Origin: Chiloscyllium plagiosum | Lineage: Eukaryota | Direction: 5' to 3' | Length of the DNA stretch: 41,192 bases | NCBI RefSeq assembly: GCF_004010195.1 | Contig: NC_057719.1 | Coordinates: 7,103,396 to 7,144,587, forward strand | Notes under the pieces: generated by a model | Databases searched by the model: none | Told to the model about the DNA's origin: nothing | What the model saw: only the letters and a program-made list of their open reading frames with translations | Program-made: the position numbers and the translations under genes | Shown here: in pieces, positions 11,731-22,714 of the stretch | How positions within the stretch are numbered: position 1 is the stretch's first letter | Layout of the letters: each line of letters starts with the position of its first letter

Positions 11731-12545
11731 CTCCTGTTCCCTGGATGCTGCCTGACCTGCTGTGCTGTTCCAGCAATAAAGTTTCAACTTTGATCTCCAG
11801 CATCTGCAGACCTCACTTTCTCCTCGAAGATAGTCAGCATGGATTTATTAGAAAATCCTGTCTGACTAATTTAAGTTTTTTTTTACAAAAGGTGACTAAA
11901 TATATTAAGGAGGACAGTGCAGTTGATGTGGTTTACATGGATTTTGACACAGACTAAGTTCCACAGAGACGAATTGTTCAAAGATAAAAGCCACGAGATC
12001 CAAGACAAGTTGGCAAACTTGGATTGAGAACTGACTTAGAAATAGGAGGCAAAGGATAATGGCTGAGGCTGTTTTTATGATTGGAAGCCTGTGCCCAGCA
12101 GCATACCCACAGAAATCAGTGCTGGGACACTTGCTGTTTGGTATGTACATGAATGACTTGGATGTAAACCATATAATTAGTAAATTTGCAGTTGACAGAA
12201 AAAGTGGTGGTGTTATTGATAGCAAGGATGGTTGGTCTCAGGGTACAGTCTGATATTGATCAACTGGCAAATGAGGCAGAGCAATGGCAGGTGTAATTTA
12301 ATCCCGATAAGTGAAAGGTAATGCATTTTGGGATGTCTAATACGGATATACATAATATATGGGAGGTCCTTCGAGGTTCTGGGGAAGAAACCTTGGTGTA
12401 CAAGTCCATTGAGCTCTAAAGATATCATTATAGATGAATAAGGTAGTGAAGAAGGCACAAGAGATGCTTGCCTTCAGAAATTGGGGCATAGACTTTAAGA
12501 GCAAGGAAGTCTTGTTACAACTTTATAAAACATCAGTTAGGCCGT

Positions 12546-13740
12546 GAGAAGAAAGTGAGGACTGAAGGTGCTAGAGATCAGAGTTGAAAGGTGTGGTGCT
12601 GGAAGAGCACAATGTTAGCCAGCATCCAAGCAGCAGGAGAATTGACGATTCCTGCATAAACCTTTCATGAGTAAATGTGAGGGGCGGGCTGAGAGATAAA
12701 TAGGAGGGTGGGAGTGGGGTGTGGAGAAGGTCGCTGGGAAGGCAATAGGTAGGTGCAGGTGGGGATTGATTGCGATAGTTCGGTAGGGAGGGTGGAGTGG
12801 ATAGGTGGGAAGGAAGATGGGTAGATGCAACATGTCAAGAGGGTGGTGCCGAGTTGGATCTGGGATGGAGGTGGGGGTGTGGAGATTTGAAAACTAGCAA
12901 AGCTGATGTTGCTACTGTGTGGTTAAAGGGTTCCAAGGTGGAAGATGAGGCGTTCTTCCTCCAGTCACTAGGTGGCTTGGATTTGGCAGTGGAGGTGGCC
13001 CAGGACTTCCACATCCTTGGTGAAGTGGGAGGGCGAATTGAAGTGTTCGGCCACAGGGCAATGGGGTTGTTTGGTGTATGTGCCCCAGGGATGTTCCCTG
13101 CAAAATTCCGCAAGTTGGCGTCCTGTCTCCCCAATGTAGAGGAGACCACATTGATAGCAACGGACACAGCAAATGAGGTGTTTGGATGTGCAGGAAAATT
13201 TCTGCCAGACCTCTTGGAGCCTTGGACAGAGGTGAGGATGCCGGGTGCGGATGCAGGTTGTACATCTCTTGCTGCAGCAGGGGGAAGGTGCTGGGTTGGA
13301 GGGTGGGGTGTGTAGACCTAACGAAGGAGTCATGGCAGGAATGGTTTCTGAGGAACGCAGATAGGTGTGAGGAGGGAAATAGTCCAAAGATGTGTAGGTC
13401 ATGTGATTTGGCAATGCTAGTGTTAGGTGCATTAGTCAAGAGGGAAATGGGTCTGGGTGGGTTACTCTTCAGAGGGTCATTGTGGACTTTTTGGGCTGAA
13501 GGGCCTGTTTCCACATTGTATGGAATCTACTCTAAATCTCTCGTGATGGGGTGATTATAGGTGGCAGAAATGGCGGAGGATAATGCACTGTATCCAGAAA
13601 TTAGTGGGGTGGAAGGTGAGGACTGGGGTGTGGGGTTCAATCCTTGTTGTGGTTGGAGGGATGGGGTTCCAGGGCAGAGCTGCAGGAAGTGGAGGAGATA
13701 AGCTGGAGGGCATTGTTGATCATTTGGGAGGAGAAATTGC
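12546..13740 (-). mobile_element. Penelope-like element 3' part with Cys-rich linker and GIY-YIG endonuclease (Neptune-like), decayed
   Basis: ORF 12968-13432: PCCSKRCTTC...FSCTSKHLICCVRCYQCGLLYIGETGRQL...PVAEHFNSPSH; terminal region at 12546-12670. Confidence 0.9.
13381..13538 (+). mobile_element. HE1-type SINE, 5'-truncated, nested in the PLE
   Basis: agtccaaagatgtg...gggtctgggtggg...gaagggcctgtttccaca aligns with 32770-32925. Confidence 0.85.
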
Positions 13741-16501
13741 AGTCATAGAGTCAGAGAGATGTACAGCATGGAAACAGACCCTTCGGCCCAACCCATCCAT
13801 GCCGACCAGATATCTCAACCTAATCTAGTCCCACCTGCCAGCAATCGGCCCATATCCCTCCAAATCCTTCCTATTCATATACCCATCCAAATGCCTCTTG
13901 AATGTTGCAATTGTACCAGCCTCCACCACATCTTCTGGCAGCTCATTCCATACACGTTCCACCCTCTGTGTGGAAAAAATTGCCCCTAAGGTCTCTTTTA
14001 TATCTTTCCCCTCTCACCCTAAACTATGCCCTCTAGTTCTGGACTCCCCGACCCCAGGGAAAAGATTTTGTCTATTGTACCTACCCATGCCCCTCATAAT
14101 TTTGTAAACCTCTATAAGGTTACCCCTCAACCTCTAATGCTCCAGGAAAAACAGCCCCAGCCTGTTCAGCCTCTCCCTGTAGCCCCGATCCTCTAACCCT
14201 GGCAACATCCTTGTAAATCTTTTCTGAACCCTTTCAAGTTTCATAACGTCTTTCTAATAGGAAGGAGACCAGAATTGCACGCAATATTCCAACAGTGGCC
14301 TAACCAATGTCCTGTGCAGCCACAACATGACCTCCCAACTCCTGTACTCAATGCTNNNNNNNNNNNNNNNNNNNNNNNNNNNNNNNNNNNNNNNNNNNNN
14401 NNNNNNNNNNNNNNNNNNNNNNNNNNNNNNNNNNNNNNNNNNNNNNNNNNNNNNNNNGCATCCAAATCATTTATGTAAATGACAAAAAGTAGAGGGCCCA
14501 ACACCAATCCTTTTGGCACTCCACTGGTCACAGGCCTCCAGTCTGAAAAACAACCTTCCACCACCACCTTCTGTCTTCTACCTTTGAGCCAATTCTGTAT
14601 CCAAATGACTAGTTCTCCCTGTATTCCGTGAGATCTAACCTTGCTAATAAGTCTCCCGTGGGGAACCTTGTCGAATGCCTTACCGAATTCCATATAGATC
14701 ACATCTACTGCTCTGCCCTCATCAATCTTCTTTGTTAATTCTTCAAAAACCTCAATCAAGTTTGTGAGACATGATTTCCCACACACAAAGTCGTGTTGAC
14801 TATCCCTAATCAGTCCTTGCCTTTCCAAATACATGTACATCCTGTCCCTCAGAATTCCCTCTAACAACTTGCCCACCACCGAGGTCAGGCTCAACACTCT
14901 ATAGTTCCCTGGCTTGCCTATACCGCCCTGCTTAAACAGTGGCACCACGGTAGCCAACCTCCAGTCTTCCGGCAACTCACCTGTGACTATCGATGATACA
15001 AATATCTCAGCAAGAGGCCCAGCAATCACTTCTCTAGCTGTGGGAGCAATCACTCCCACAGAGTTCTCGGGTACACCTGATCAGGTCCTGAGGATTTATC
15101 CATTTTTAATCGTTTCAAGACATCCAGCACTTCCTCCTCTGTAATCTGGACATGTTGCAAGATGTCACCATCTATTTCCCTACAGTCTAGATCTTCCATA
15201 ACCTTTCCCACAGTAAATACTGATGCAAAATATTCATTTAGTGTCTCCCCCACACAAAGGCCGTCTTGCTAATCTTTGAGGGGCCCTGTTCTCTCCCTAG
15301 TTACCCTTTTGTCCTTAATATATTTGTAAAAACCCTTTGGATTCTCCTTAATTCTATTTACCATTGCTATCTCATGTCCCCATTTTGCCCTCCTGATTTC
15401 CCTCTTAAGTATACTCCTACTTCCTTTATACTCCTCTAAGGATTCACTTGATCTACCCTGTCTATACCTGACATATGCTTCCTTCTTTTTCTTAATCAAA
15501 CCCTCAATTTCTTTAGTCATCCAGCATTCCCTATACCTACCAGCCTTCCATTTCACCCTGACAGGAATATACTTTCTCTGGATTCTTGTTATCTCATTTC
15601 TGAAGGCTTCCCATTTTCCAGCCGTCTCTGTACCTGCGAACATCTGCCTCCAATCAGCTTTCCAAAGTTCTTGCCTAATACCCTTAAAATTGGCCTTTCT
15701 CCAATTTAGACCTTCAACGTTTAGATCTGGTCTATCCTTTTCCATCACTATTTTAAAATGAATAGAATTATGGTCGCTGGCCCCAAAGTGCTCTTCCACT
15801 GACACCTCAGTCACCTGTCCTGCCTTATTTTCCAAGAGTAGGTCAAGTTTTTCACCTTCTCTATCCACATACTGAATCAGAAAATTGTCTTGTACACACT
15901 TAAGAAATTCCTCTCCATCAAAACCTTGAACACTATGGCAGTCCCAGTCGAGGTTTGGCGTTAAAATCCCCTACCATAACTACCCTATAATTCTTACAGA
16001 TAGCTGAGAGCTCCTTACAAGTTTGTTTCTCAATTTCCCTCTGACTATTGGGGGGTCTATAATACAATCCCAATAAGGTGATCATCCCTTTCTTATTTCT
16101 CAGTTCCACCCAAATAACTTCCCTGGATGTATTTCAGGGAATATCCTCCCTCAGCACAGATGTAATGCTATCCCTTATCAAAAATGCCTCTGCCCCTCCC
16201 CTCTTGCCTCCCTTTCTTTCCTTCCTGTAGTATTTGTAGCCTGGAACATTAAGCTGCCAGTCCTGTCCATCCCTGAGCCATATTTCTGTAATTGCTATGA
16301 TATCACAGTCTCATGTTCCTAACCACGTCCTGAGTTCATCTGCCTTCCCTGTTAGGCCCCTTGCATTGAAATAAATGCAGTTTAATTTATTAGTGCTACC
16401 TTGTCCCTGCCTGCCCTGACTGTTTGTTTGATTCACTTCTGTTCTCAGCTGTACCAGTCTCAGATCGATCTCTTTCCTCACTATCTCCCTGGGTCCCACC
16501 C
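13741..16501 (-). mobile_element. HER1/CR1 LINE with most of ORF2 (APE endonuclease + RT), disrupted; interrupted by the N gap at 14356-14457 and ending at the N gap at 16502
   Basis: CIYFNARGLTGKADEL (EN start), [57 protein letters not shown]; tail gactctatgact on the minus strand. Confidence 0.95.
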
Positions 16502-16996
16502 NNNNNNNNNNNNNNNNNNNNNNNNNNNNNNNNNNNNNNNNNNNNNNNNNNNNNNNNNNNNNNNNNNNNNNNNNNNNNNNNNNNNNNNNNNNNNNNNNNN
16601 NNNNNNNNNNNNNNNNNNNNNNNNNNNNNNNNNNNNNNNNNNNNNNNNNNNNNNNNNNNNNNNNNNNNNNNNNNNNNNNNNNNNNNNNNNNNNNNNNNNN
16701 NNNNNNNNNNNNNNNNNNNNNNNNNNNNNNNNNNNNNNNNNNNNNNNNNNNNNNNNNNNNNNNNNNNNNNNNNNNNNNNNNNNNNNNNNNNNNNNNNNNN
16801 NNNNNNNNNNNNNNNNNNNNNNNNNNNNNNNNNNNNNNNNNNNNNNNNNNNNNNNNNNNNNNNNNNNNNNNNNNNNNNNNNNNNNNNNNNNNNNNNNNNN
16901 NNNNNNNNNNNNNNNNNNNNNNNNNNNNNNNNNNNNNNNNNNNNNNNNNNNNNNNNNNNNNNNNNNNNNNNCCCCCCCCCCCCCCCCTTTCATTAG

Positions 16997-17972
16997 GGTG
17001 GTGTTGAGCTGGCAGGTTGGAACTGGGATAAGGTGGGGGAAAGCGGAAATGAGGAAACTGGTAAAGTCCACATTGATGCTCTGGGGTTGAATTGTTCTGA
17101 GGCGGAAGATGAGGCTCCCCAGGAAGGGGAGATGGTCCAGATGAACCCCACCGACCTCCGCATAAACCACATCATCTGCTAATATTTCCACCACCTACAA
17201 ACGGGCCCCACCACCAGGGATACATTCCCCTCCCCACCCAAATCCACTTTCCACAAAGACCCTGACTACCTGGTCAGGTCCACACCTCCCAACAACCCAC
17301 TCTTCCCTCCTGGCACCTTCCCCTGCCACTGCAGGAATTGCAAAACCTGCGGCCACATTCCCCCCCCCGGCCTCCAACCATGGCCCCAAAGGAGCCTTCC
17401 ACATCCCTCAAAGTTTCACCCGCACTTCCACACGTCATTTATTGTATCCGTTGCTCCTAATGCGGTCTCCTGTACTTTGGGGAGACTGGAAACCTTTTTG
17501 CAGAGTGTATTAGGGATTGTCACCAGGACACCCTCACCAATCAACCCCACCACTCCGTGGCCAAACATTTCAAATCCCCCTCCCACTCTGCCGAGGACAT
17601 GCAGGTCATGGGCCGCCTCCACCGTTGCTCCCTCACCACCTGACACCTGGAGGAAGAACGCCTCATCTTCCACTTCAGAGCACTTCAACACCTGGGCATT
17701 AATGTGGACTTTATCAGTTTCCTCATTTTCCCCTCTCCCCACCTCACCCCAGTTCCAACTTTCCAGCTCAGCACCACCCTCATGATCTGTCCTACCTGCC
17801 AATCTTCCTTCCCACCTATCTGCTCCAATCTCCTCTCCGACGTATCACCTTCATCCCCACCTCCCAGAGGCTCCCTGCCTCATTCCTGATGAAGGGCTTT
17901 TGCCCGAAACGTCGATTTTCCTGCTCCTTGGATACTGCCTGACCTGCTGTGCTTTTCCAGCGCCACTAATCT
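16997..17972 (+). mobile_element. Penelope-like element: inverted fragment (16997-17116, -) followed by the + strand GIY-YIG region and terminus
   Basis: + strand encodes GTFPCHCRNCKTC and iycirc-like sequence, then EEERLIF; 16997-17116 is the reverse complement of ~17660-17780. Confidence 0.88.
17882..17917 (+). ncRNA. Minimal hammerhead ribozyme motif, core intact
   Basis: attc-CTGATGA-a-GGGCttttGCCC-GAAA-C-GTC-gatt. Confidence 0.72.
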
Positions 17973-18539
17973 TGATTAAGAAAGGAGCTCAGCTTGCTTC
18001 AGTTTTTATTTTGGGATTGTTTCAACAACTGAGCTGTAAACTTATTTACATCAAAAGGGGAGTAAGCAACTGAAATATGAAGATGTTGTTCCTAGTAGTA
18101 CATAAAGTCATTTGGTTGCACTAAAGTTGATTTGTTTTCATAATTTTAGTGATTCTGTTACTTAAGTGCAACTTTCCTCCTCCTCTCCCAAGCTATATGT
18201 ATATTGTTTGTGTTTTTGTTGTTGTGGTTGCAATTTGGTTGTGGAAGAGTCTTAAACATTTGGCAAAGCTTTCAGCATCCATATATTGATTCCCCACTGG
18301 ATCTTCTCTTGATATTTGCTTAATAAATAGCCTCCAAATGTTGGTTTAACCCTTACTGTGAACAGAAAAATGGTTTTAATTGTTGTGAATTGCTATTTGG
18401 GTTGAATGAAATTTTGAAAAGCTTGTGAACAACTTCATAATTTTTTATAAATTTTTTCCCATATTTAATTGGAAATGCTTCATTCTGACTTAATGAATTA
18501 AGAAAAAAATTCCTTAAATAATTTGTGTTTACTTTATAG

Positions 18540-18601
18540 CACATCAAGTCCACCCCGTTGGCCAGGAAGTGCTTTCTTTAAGAAGAATGGAGCGCTCCAA
18601 G
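18540..18601 (+). other. Candidate 62-nt exon of an unidentified host gene
   Basis: Acceptor tttgtgtttactttatag| and donor AAG|gtaaga; GC-richer than the AT-rich flanks; contains AGAATGG (ATG 18587) reading MERSK up to the donor. Confidence 0.5.
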
Positions 18602-19253
18602 GTAAGAGAAAACACTCCAGGATTAATGTATTTTTGCTAGCAATTGTCTCTGATAAAAATGAATTTCAAGATTGCATACATCATTGCACGGTTTCTAACT
18701 GGGATGTTAAAATGATTAAATGTTGTTCTATTTTGTTGAGTGCTTTGTCCACCAATCCACAGAACTAGCTAGCTCAATGCAAATGACTGTACAGAGATAC
18801 AAAATCTGAAGTATTTGTTGTCGGTGCAGCAAGATCTGGAAATTCATGTATTGGAGTTTATTGTATAAATTCAAAGTTATCATTTCCAACTTCAACAAGA
18901 AGAATCAGGTCCAAACTGTAGAGGTCTGGTAAAAATTTCCAAGCAGCAAGGCGAAAATACATTTAAACAATTGTACTGACTGATCTTACATTTTGGTGTC
19001 TGTTCTGAGTGTAACAGCATAAGCTGAAGTTGGCTAGGTACTATATTAGTTGGTATATTGTGAAAGACCCAACGGATAAAATAATTAGGAATAGAGTCTC
19101 TGTGGTGGGCCCATATTTGTAAACAGATATTTGATAGGACTGGTAAGGTCCTGAAGCAATGAATGTTTTGTTTGGTGGGTCCTGGTACATTGCGCACACA
19201 AGATGATTTCTACCTAGAATCTCGAGTGCAAAAATCACGCAACTGAGGAAAAA

Positions 19254-19584
19254 GCGGCTCAGTGGTTATCACTGCCTCACAGCGTCGGGAATCCAGGTTT
19301 GATTCTAACCTCTGGCAACTGTGTGGAATTTGCATATTTTTCCCGTGTCTGTATGGGTTTGCCCTGGGTGCTCCAGTTTCCTCCCACAGTCCAAAGATGT
19401 GCAGATTAGGTGGATTGACCATGTAAAATGGTCCATAGTGTCCGGGGATGTGCAGGTGAATTAGTCATGGGAAATGCAGGATTACAGGAATTGGGAGGGT
19501 CTGGGTGGGATGCCCTTTGGAGGATCGATGTGAACGTGATGGACCTAATAGCCTGTTTCCATGCTGTAGAGATTCTATGATTCT
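19254..19584 (+). mobile_element. HE1-type V-SINE, near full length, diverged
   Basis: tRNA-like head ggctcagtggtta...ggtttgattc, V-domain ggtgctccagtttcctcccacagtccaaaga, tail attctatgattct. Confidence 0.9.
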
Positions 19585-19929
19585 CAGGTTATTTGACCCT
19601 ATCGCTCATCAGAATATTCCTTTCCACCAAAAAGTATCCCTTTACATACCTGTCAAATTTAATTTACCATGTGTGCCCACTTTATATGACTATGCCCTCT
19701 TCGTTTGCTGTATTTGCAAATTTTATCATAAATTTTATAACTGCACAAGTTGAAATAAAGTCCAGTTTTTTTACAGATGTCAAAAGAGCAGTGGTCCAAA
19801 TACTGGTGAACATTATTTTGTATGTCCCCTGGACCTGAAGATAAAGCATCACCATGACTGTTCCTTTACAAATGGAGGCCAAGTCTAAAGGAAGAATTAT
19901 ACCAATAGCAAAATGAGAGTGCTTGTACA

Positions 19930-20190
19930 TCCAAGCAGCAACTGTGGAAAGAGAAACTGAGTTATTGCATTAAGTCTGTCACCAACATGCAGAATTAGAA
20001 AATCCTACAGATATAACTGGTTTTAAACAAGTACAGTATTGTTTCAGGGAAAGCAGAAGAAAGAACTAATAGGAATATCTGTGGTGGGGTGGAAGGCAGG
20101 AGAGTTGAATCAGTTGATATAATCTAAAATTGCTGATCTCAGTGGGTTCAGAAGGCTGTCAATTGCCTCATTTACCAATGAGCTTCCATT
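19930..20190 (-). mobile_element. Old Penelope-like fragment
   Basis: gcagcaactgtggaaagagaaactgagtta resembles the reverse complement of the PLE ends at 21156 and 22150. Confidence 0.45.
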
Positions 20191-20204
20191 GACATTTTTA
20201 AAAG

Positions 20205-21230
20205 TCTGGTTGTTGGAGATCTGAAACATGAACTAAAACTGGTGGTGAAATTCAGAAGGTATGGCAGCATCTGTGGGAGAAAGCAGAGTTAAATTCTGAT
20301 AGAGGTAGGGGGTTCCTCCAGGGGACACCGGTTAGCAAGGTTAGATCTCATGCAATACAGGGAGAACTAGCCATTTGGATACAGAAACTGGCACGAAGGT
20401 AGAAGACAGAGTGATGATGGTGGAGTGTTGCTTTTCAGACTGGAGGCTTGTGACTAGTGGTGTGCCACTGGTGCTGGGTCCACTGCTTTTCATCATTTAT
20501 ATGAATGATTGAACATATTATGAAGGCGGCGTTTGGTATGCTTTCTTTTACTGGCCAGAGTATTGAGTATAGGAGTTGGGAGGATATGTTGCGGCTGTGC
20601 AGGACATTGTTTGGCCATTTTTGGAATATTGCATGCAATTCTGGTCTCCCTCCTGTCGGAATTGTGAAACTTGAAAGAGTTCAGAGAAGATGAACAAGAA
20701 TGTTGCCAGGGTTGGATTTGTGGGAATGGGAGAGGCTGAATAGGCTGGGGCTGTTTTACCTGGAGCGTCGGAGGCTATGGGATGACTTTACAGAGATTTA
20801 TAAAATCATGAGAAACAGGAATAGGATAAATAGTCTAGGTCTTTTCCCTGGGGTAGGGGGGTCCAGAGCTAGAGGGCATAGGTTTAGGGTGAGAGGGGAA
20901 AGATGTAAAAGAGACCTGGGGGCAACCTTTTCACACACCGGCTGGTGTGTGTATGGAATGAGCTGCCAGAGGAAGTGGTGGAGGCTCGTACAATTACAGT
21001 ATTGAAAAGGTATATGAACAGGAGGGGTTTAGAGGGATATGGATCAACCGGTGGCAAATAGGACTAGGTTGGGTTTGGATATCTGGTCAGCATGGATGAG
21101 TTGGACTGAGGGGTCTGTTTCTGTGGTGTACATCTCCATGACTCTGTGACTCAATGTTAATTCTGCTTTCTCCTCACAAATGCTGTCAGACCTGCTGTGT
21201 TTCGCCAACAATTTCTGTTATTGTTTCAGA
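20205..21230. mobile_element. Old fold-back PLE termini (20205-20292 - and 21153-21230 +) separated by a CR1 insertion
   Basis: ggcagcatctgtgggagaaagcagagttaa is the approximate reverse complement of ttaattctgctttctcctcacaaatgctgtc. Confidence 0.68.
20325..21152 (+). mobile_element. HER1/CR1 LINE 3' portion with an internal deletion
   Basis: KAAFGMLSFTGQSIEYRSWE, ERLNRLGLFYLERRRL, RGHRFRVRG; tail ctccatgactctgtgactc. Confidence 0.9.
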
Positions 21231-21482
21231 GCTTCTATTGAGCTTCAATGCAACAGTTATCAGGACAAAAAGGCATGGGGATATTTATGCTCCATTTGCT
21301 TCCTCCAGTCTCTTACTTGTCAAGAATGAAAAACAATTTCTTTTCTCCTCCTAACTCAAGCCAATTTCCTTCTGCCTCAGAGGCTTATCTATTCTCCCCT
21401 TTTAAATGCATCTATAATATGCATTTCACTGCAAAGAAATAAGGACAGGGTCGGGTCTTACTGTGCATTAAAAGACAAAAAC

Positions 21483-21646
21483 AATGAATGTTTTCAAGAA
21501 TGAATTTGATATAGTTCTTGGGGCTAAGAGATCAAAGTGTATGGGGGGAAAATGGGAACAAGGTACTGAGTTTGATGATCACGTGTTCAGATTGAATGGT
21601 GGAGTAGGCGCAAATGGCCCCCTGTTTTTTGAATTTCCATGATTCT
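21483..21646 (+). mobile_element. CR1 3' end fragment related to 1-603
   Basis: ttcaagaatgaatttgatatag...ttgaatggtggagtaggc...aatggcc aligns with 435-580. Confidence 0.72.
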
Positions 21647-21654
21647 AAAATGGC

Positions 21655-21940
21655 AAGAGTCCAGATGCTCTGAATTATGTTGAAGCAGATGGTGAAATTT
21701 GAATTCAGTAATAATCTGAGATTAAGAGACCATCAAACTATTGTCAAGAAAAACCCATCTGGTTCACTGATCTCCTTTAGGGAAGGAAATCTGCCATCCT
21801 TACCTGGTCTGATCTGCATGTGACTCCAGACCAATAGCAATGTGATTGACTGACTGTTGACTGTCCTCTGGACAATTAGGGATGGGCAACCTACACTGGC
21901 CTAGCCAGTGACATCCACATTCGTAGATGAAGAAAAACAA
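21655..21940 (+). mobile_element. LF-SINE-like element
   Basis: aaaacccatctggttcactgatctcctttagggaaggaaatctgccatccttacctggtctg...gtgactccagacc...caattagggatgggcaa matches the recalled LF-SINE core and tail. Confidence 0.8.
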
Positions 21941-22139
21941 ATTGAGTTCAGCAAAGCAATTTCCTGATTTATAAAAGGGTGCTGCAGCATGGCGAAGACT
22001 GCATTGTAAGCAAAGCTTAATAAAGTAAAAATTGATTATTGTTTGAAATAACTCATGCTTTCCAACCTTTTCACAGATTTTTGTAACTTACCTTTTGACA
22101 TCTTTCCATGCCCTGGCACTCAAAACATAAAACCCAAAA

Positions 22140-22215
22140 TGTCCAGACCTGAAACATTAACTCTGATCTGTCTCCACAAATGCAACCTGGCAACACCATT
22201 TTCTGTTTGGAATTC
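22140..22215 (+). mobile_element. Small Penelope-like terminal relic
   Basis: gacctgaaacattaactctg..tctccacaaatgc is similar to 21153-21190. Confidence 0.5.
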
Positions 22216-22461
22216 TACTCTGTTCAGTCATTTGAGTTCAGCTTGATGTTTTATTGGTTTAGTGGACAAAGCACTTTGATCCCCCAATTGCTCACTTGAA
22301 TAAGGACATGTCAATGCGGGAAACTTTGTTTAAAACAAGAAAGCATAAGGTTAGCTTTCTAGTCTTCTGTCATAACATTATGATCAATTCACATGGTATC
22401 GGATTGAGAGTAGATGTATTTTGTGACCAATAAGTTGGATGCCAGTGATCAGTTGGTCACA

Positions 22462-22714
22462 AAAAGGGGGCACTCATTTAAAACTGAAATATGAGAACAT
22501 TCCTTCTCTCAGAATGTCTGGAATTCTCTGCCCCAGAGTATTGTCGAAGCTCGATCACTGAAAAATGAAATTGGTAGACTTTGAAATATCAGGAAGATGA
22601 TGGCTATGCTGAGCGGACACAAAAGAGGAGCTGAGGCAAAGGATAGATGAGCTATGAATAGTGGGCAGGCTTGAGAAGCCAAATGGCCAATTCTTCCTAT
22701 TTCTTATGTTCTTA
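22462..22714 (+). mobile_element. CR1 3' end fragment
   Basis: tggaattctctgccccagag (WNSLPQ), 3' UTR ggcttgagaagccaaatggcc, tail ttcttatgttctta. Confidence 0.78.

Larger units (their letters stand above)
11408..11828. mobile_element. Fold-back Penelope-derived insertion (family A): 181-bp inverted arms, 3-nt loop, 15-bp target duplication
   Basis: Arms 11408-11588 and 11592-11772 read as exact reverse complements (mirror ORFs 11425-11646 - and 11534-11755 +); gatagtcagcatgga at 11397-11411 and 11829-11843. Confidence 0.92.
8550..12545 (+). mobile_element. Old CR1 LINE (endonuclease to RT), split into 8550-9237, 10845-11411 and 11829-12545 by younger insertions
   Basis: APE motifs (IVGDFNF, G.SDHN) at 8650-8885; reading resumes at LADGIKENLKVFSKYIRSK (10845) and DSQHGF..KSCLTNL..VDVVYMDF (11829). 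Confidence 0.87.

Noticed and set aside
11402..11793. Mirror-image ORF pairs on both strands
   Set aside because: An automatic consequence of the DNA palindrome, not evidence of coding.
16401..17194. Long ORFs of 190-237 aa
   Set aside because: Artefacts of translating through the 470-N gap; the adjacent poly-C run is also unreliable.
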